Shown here one piece after another: positions 59,498 to 64,000 of a DNA stretch of 64,000 nucleotides. The position numbers and the translations under genes were made by a program. The stretch spans positions 1 through 64,000 of the forward strand of contig JAUCBJ010000603.1 of assembly GCA_032718475.1 (NCBI GenBank), in the 5' to 3' direction. Position 1 is the stretch's first letter; each line of letters begins with the position of its first letter. The notes beneath the pieces were generated by a model. That model did not search any database, had not been told where the DNA came from, and saw only the letters and a program-made list of their open reading frames with translations. The stretch comes from Nemertoderma westbladi (lineage: Eukaryota > Animalia > Xenacoelomorpha).

Positions 59498-60152
59498 AAT
59501 TTATTAAATGTTGTTGCTCGAGACTGCGAAAAATAGGTAATCCGATAGATAGCCAAGAAAGTAGAGAGTTTCTCAATATCAATCTGAATGGATTTTTAAT
59601 TGAAAAATCCCTTTTACTTGAAACAATTACCTTTTTCTCACTAATATTTTTACAAATGAGTGAATAAATCTAACATTGTTTTACTAATATTCCAGAAATT
59701 AGTTAAAAAAAGTAAAAAATTAGTTAAAAGAGTCTTTTTTTTAACAAATTTTTAAATTAGTTAAAGAAAACTTATTTAAACTAAATAAATAACTAAATAA
59801 CTACATAAATTCGTGTAAAAATCAACCAATCAGATAGAATTAGTTGAATTTCGCTAAACTGAAAATTAGTGAAAAAAGTGATAATAAGTTTATTAATTCA
59901 ATAAAAGATAAATCAATAAAATGTGCAGAGAACGCGGAGCACGGAAGGGAACCCCTTTAAATAATTAAATTAGGGGATATTAATGTAGGGGGTATATCGC
60001 AATGTGGACGCTATGGATAAAATATTATCACAAGCGGCTTAAATTAGTTCTGATCAGTAGAATTCAAGACATTCGAAACAGACTGGTGCTCAATATTCGC
60101 ATGATGGTAGATCAGAGTGCAATCACGATGATATGCGAATAGGTCTGAGACC

Positions 60153-60417
60153 GCAGCACTCCATTTTCTCGGACAGTGCAGCACTCCACTTTCTCGGACA
60201 GTGCGGCAATCCATTTTCTCGGACAGTGCGGCACTCCACTTTCTCGGATATTGCAGTACTCCACTTTCGCGGACAGTGCGGCATTCCACTTTCTCGGAAA
60301 GTGCAGCACTGCCCTGTCCGAGACAGTGCAGCACTCCACTTTCTCGGACAGTTCAGCACTCCACTTTCTCGGACAGTGCAGCACTCCACTTTCTCGGACA
60401 ATGCAGCACTCCACTTT
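60153..60417. repeat. 25-bp minisatellite (CAGTGCAGCACTCCACTTTCTCGGA)
   Basis: About 10 copies. Confidence 0.92.
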
Positions 60418-61502
60418 ATTTTATTACTTCTACTAACAGAAGAACTTCTGATAATTCCAGCACCAATCTCGAAGGAAAAGGGCATTAATTTTGCAATATT
60501 GCATATACTATTACAACTCAGTAAGTTGGCATACAGTTTGTATCATTATACTACTATTGGTTGTATTCTCGAAATTATACACTCCAGCCAATGTTGCTTT
60601 TACAAAGACTACATTAAAGAATATGCACATGCAGTAGCCGAAACAATGTAGTACTGTAATTGGTGATATAAACATTATATTTTACTCTGTCCTGATTTGA
60701 TTTTACCTTTTACTGTGTGGTGTGCATTACTAGCGGTCATATATTGAACTGGTTGTGTAAATATGTTGGTGTTATACGGTTTTAAGAATATTCGATTTGT
60801 AGAATGGTTTTTCCGTACATATTATATTAACTAACATCAATAACAACCATTACCACAAAAAGCGTACACTTTAAATATCCCACCACGTCTCCAAACACCA
60901 ACATAAACAGTGTTAAATTAAATAATAACTTTTATTCCTAAAATTCCATTTCGTTGTTTAGCTGAAGTCAAAGGTATTAAGAGGTCAAATGTACTTTTTC
61001 TTCAGCGGGAGAAAAGGAGTGCCATAGAGACACAAGTTCAAATTTAAACACATTACTTTATTTAGGGAAAATAAACTACTATCCTGTTATTTCACGGGAC
61101 CTCCGCAGGTCGATTGAACCCGGATCAAATATTTAAACTTATACGTTTTTTTTTTGGAAAAGATATGCCATATGAAGACAAAAGAAACAATTCATTAATG
61201 TGTTTGAAGCGAATTTATTATCGCCTTTGTAAAGTTTTATAAACCAGAAACTAGAATATAAATGATAAATTTTCTACAAATTTGTGAGAGAAGTTAGTGA
61301 GAAAATATGAAAATAGAAATTTCTGGTAGAAGGAAATTTAAGAATAAAATTACAAATTACAAGAAAAACAATGTCCTTTTAACACATCAAGGGGTCAGAC
61401 GGAAAAAAGCTATTTGTTATTAATGTAATAAATATGGATGGTATTTTTCTCTGTATTAGCAATAAACACTACCCTGTACTGTCCGTTGTGTACTCCTACC
61501 CA

Positions 61503-62507
61503 CTAACACGCCCTCAACTGTTTGACATAATCGTAAGAAACTCTAGCACCACTGGACGTTTTTTCTATAGTCTGGAACTGGTTAGCTTTGACATTAAATG
61601 GCCCATACTTCCCGACAGCCTGTTGGAGGATAACTTTTGTATGGGGTGGAACCGCAGCGCAAACTTCGATTGTTGTTTCCAGAGACCAGGTCTTAGATGA
61701 GGTTGCTGACCACTCCATACCAATTGAGGAAGTCACACTGGCAGAGAAAACTTTCTTAAACCCACCTTCGACAGTGACTTCGGTACCAATAGATATTGTG
61801 TATGAGTGTTCATTAGTAACACTCGTTCCTACAGTCTCCGAGTACTTGCATGACCCTTCACCTGAGCTTTGCGTGTTGTCGAGGCTGCAAACTGTTACCC
61901 AGAAATCGATGGCACCCCAGTCTTCCTTTGTACCAATCTTCCAACCATGGAACTCAGTGTAGCTGGGATCGTAATGATCAAAGGACGCTACATTCACTTT
62001 CCCTTTTTCGGCCGACGGATGAGCCGTGATGTATTTAAAATGATTTTTCTCCGATTGAATCCATAGTGTGTCTTCATTAACATTGATGTACATTTTCCAT
62101 TTCTGATTATCATTTGTTATAGAAAGAGCGTCTCCCTTCACACAATTGTTGCCATAGACGCATACTATCTCAGGATGGCGTTCCAAATATTTTCCTCGAG
62201 CCGTTTTTATTGATACACGATTATAGCCCTCTGGGAGGAATGTTACTTCGTATCTCTCATATCCCGTCACACAGTTACTACATTTATTATACAGGAACAA
62301 ATCGTCATTTGAGGCGGATACGAGTTTTTCATGGTGGGAGATTAAAATGATTTTATCATCACCAACGTTCAAGGATCCTGAGGCGTCGGCATTCCCAATA
62401 TGGAACCGCCACAGTTGTTTTTGGCTGGTTACTGGAACTGACCCTTGTGGAGCTCCGAATCCAGGCGCAAATAAGCCGATTAGTATGAAAGCAAAAATAT
62501 TGTGCAT
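61503..62507 (-). CDS. Secreted protein with a fascin/ricin-like beta-trefoil and an aerolysin/ETX-MTX2-like beta-pore-forming domain (putative)
   Basis: Intact 334-aa ORF in a good ATG context (ATAAAATG); hydrophobic signal peptide; RVSIKTARGKYL and NDNQKW trefoil-type motifs; Ser/Thr-rich alternating beta-hairpin followed by VPPHTKVILQQ. Confidence 0.72.
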   Translation of the reverse strand: MHNIFAFILIGLFAPGFGAPQGSVPVTSQKQLWRFHIGNADASGSLNVGDDKIILISHHEKLVSASNDDLFLYNKCSNCVTGYERYEVTFLPEGYNRVSIKTARGKYLERHPEIVCVYGNNCVKGDALSITNDNQKWKMYINVNEDTLWIQSEKNHFKYITAHPSAEKGKVNVASFDHYDPSYTEFHGWKIGTKEDWGAIDFWVTVCSLDNTQSSGEGSCKYSETVGTSVTNEHSYTISIGTEVTVEGGFKKVFSASVTSSIGMEWSATSSKTWSLETTIEVCAAVPPHTKVILQQAVGKYGPFNVKANQFQTIEKTSSGARVSYDYVKQLRAC

Positions 62508-62870
62508 TTTATAATATGTGTCGCTGATATGGTTCGTATCTTACGATATGGGTAGTATCTGTGTAAGTCGCTGATATGGTTACTATCCTAAAGTATTTAG
62601 TACTGTAGTAGTTATTGTATGTGATATGGATGGCTTTACAGAGCTGTGGGATGCCACTACTGTCATGGACACAGTGGCATCCCAAGCGAGTAGATAATGG
62701 CGATTCGAAGGTGCTAGGTTCACACCTTCCACACATTTACTGTTGCCCAGTGGTTCCATGGCCGAATGCCTAGCAATTACAGTATATCGTTGACCATAGC
62801 GTGTATGTGATGATGTTTTGCATTATGCTTACAGGGTAGACATCGAAGATTAAGTAAGTCTCAAGATATT

Positions 62871-63291
62871 AGGACAATTGCGACCCGTTCAATTGCGACC
62901 CATGATTTTTATTTCAAAACATGGGTCGCAATTGACCGGGTCGCAATTGTCCGGGTCGCATTTGTCCGGATCCAGATAAAAAGATGTAATGTATATCATT
63001 GATAAATATCATTGTATATCATTGATAAATATCATTGTATATCATTGACAATTGCGACCCGGACAATTGCGACCCATAATTTTTATTTAAAAACATGGGT
63101 CGCAATTGGCCGGGTCGCAATTGTCCGGGTCGCATTTGTCCGGATCCAGATAAAAAGATGTAATGTATATCATTGATAAATATCATTGTATATCATTGAT
63201 AAATATCATTGTATATCATTGACAATTGCGACCCGGACAATTGCGACCCATAATTTTTATTTAAAAACATGGGTCGCAATTGGCCGGACTC
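62871..63291. repeat. MITE-like palindromic repeat, ~174-bp period (GGACAATTGCGACCC / GGGTCGCAATTGTCC) with ATATCATTG subrepeats
   Basis: Visible inverted and tandem structure. Confidence 0.75.
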
Positions 63292-64000
63292 CAAGTCTCA
63301 ACAGGGCTCCACATTGGAATTAGTTTAGGGCTACATAATCATACAATGGTACACGGATTGTTATGGATGAGTGTTGTTGAGCTTCAATCCTAATTGTATA
63401 CAGATATCGGTTTTCAAACTAACAACATGCAAAGCTCTAAAAACACCATTCTGTCCAATTGACTTAATGTCTGTTGATGGCTCTGTAGATGGCTCTGTAA
63501 TTTCTTGGAAACAATCATTGCCCAGGTAGTTTACGTATCATCTTAAAATTCTCCCAGAGTGAGCGAGGCCCCCTCAGGGAATTCTAATAGGATTCCCACT
63601 CGCTGTTATGAGTTTGATTGCATTCCAACGATTCTTGTACAATAGTCCGCTAAAACGAAGTCTAACAGTCACCTAGAAGGGTGATTAATTTGTGCGCTGA
63701 GTGCTGATTAATTATAAAACTGAACACTGAAAACTAAACCCACTGACACAACTTGGATTTTAGTGTATCATTTTCCAATTATGCCCAAAGTATGACGACA
63801 TATTTCTAGTGTGGTCCCCCTAGAATTATCCTCCCCAGCAGAGGAAAATCCAGTACTTATTTAGCTACCACTCAAGGATGCAAGGCAAAGAGATGCACCT
63901 GGTAAGTCCTTTTAAATAAAAAATGTGCCAAAAGTGCCAAAATAAAAATGCCCTTGCCCCCTCTGTAGGAAAACTCATTTTGTGCCCCAGTTGAGACCCT

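Noticed and set aside
60044-60651. Cluster of overlapping Cys/Ser-rich ORFs
   Set aside because: Artefact of the 25-bp minisatellite
63296-63545. Possible minus-strand exon remnant
   Set aside because: Stops in the frames I translated and no recognisable motif

Overview
AT-rich, repeat-dense eukaryotic DNA, most likely from an invertebrate animal; it is not prokaryotic. About 90% of the window is nested mobile DNA that can be resolved by terminal motifs and target-site duplications (TSDs). (1) 1-1181: truncated 3' end of a BEL/Pao LTR element on the + strand. (2) A ~30-bp satellite interrupted by BEL/Pao element A (2022-15142, minus strand, 1192-bp LTRs, TSD GGCGT, RT and integrase missing) and by a non-autonomous Polinton/Maverick-like element (23346-29414, AGTAGT termini, TSD GGCGTT). 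(3) Decayed BEL/Pao element B (31840-59176, TSD CATAT), which hosts a near-intact tRNA-Pro-primed Gypsy element (33078-40209, TSD AAGT) and BEL/Pao element C (43678-58021, TSD ATTGT); C carries a Helitron-like insert in its 5' LTR. (4) One probable host gene: an intronless secreted beta-trefoil plus aerolysin-like protein (61503-62507). The main hypothesis concerns A and C, two very divergent BEL/Pao elements. Both carry a homologous extra non-env ORF after pol, with tandem CCHC knuckles; in C it is fused to a WRN/EXD/Mut-7-type DEDDy exonuclease-like domain. Both ORFs are preceded by splice acceptors. Both elements lack a tRNA primer-binding site and instead have a PBS-position sequence complementary to their own LTR, which suggests tRNA-independent self-priming. 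All domain calls are by-eye motif recognition; no searches were run.
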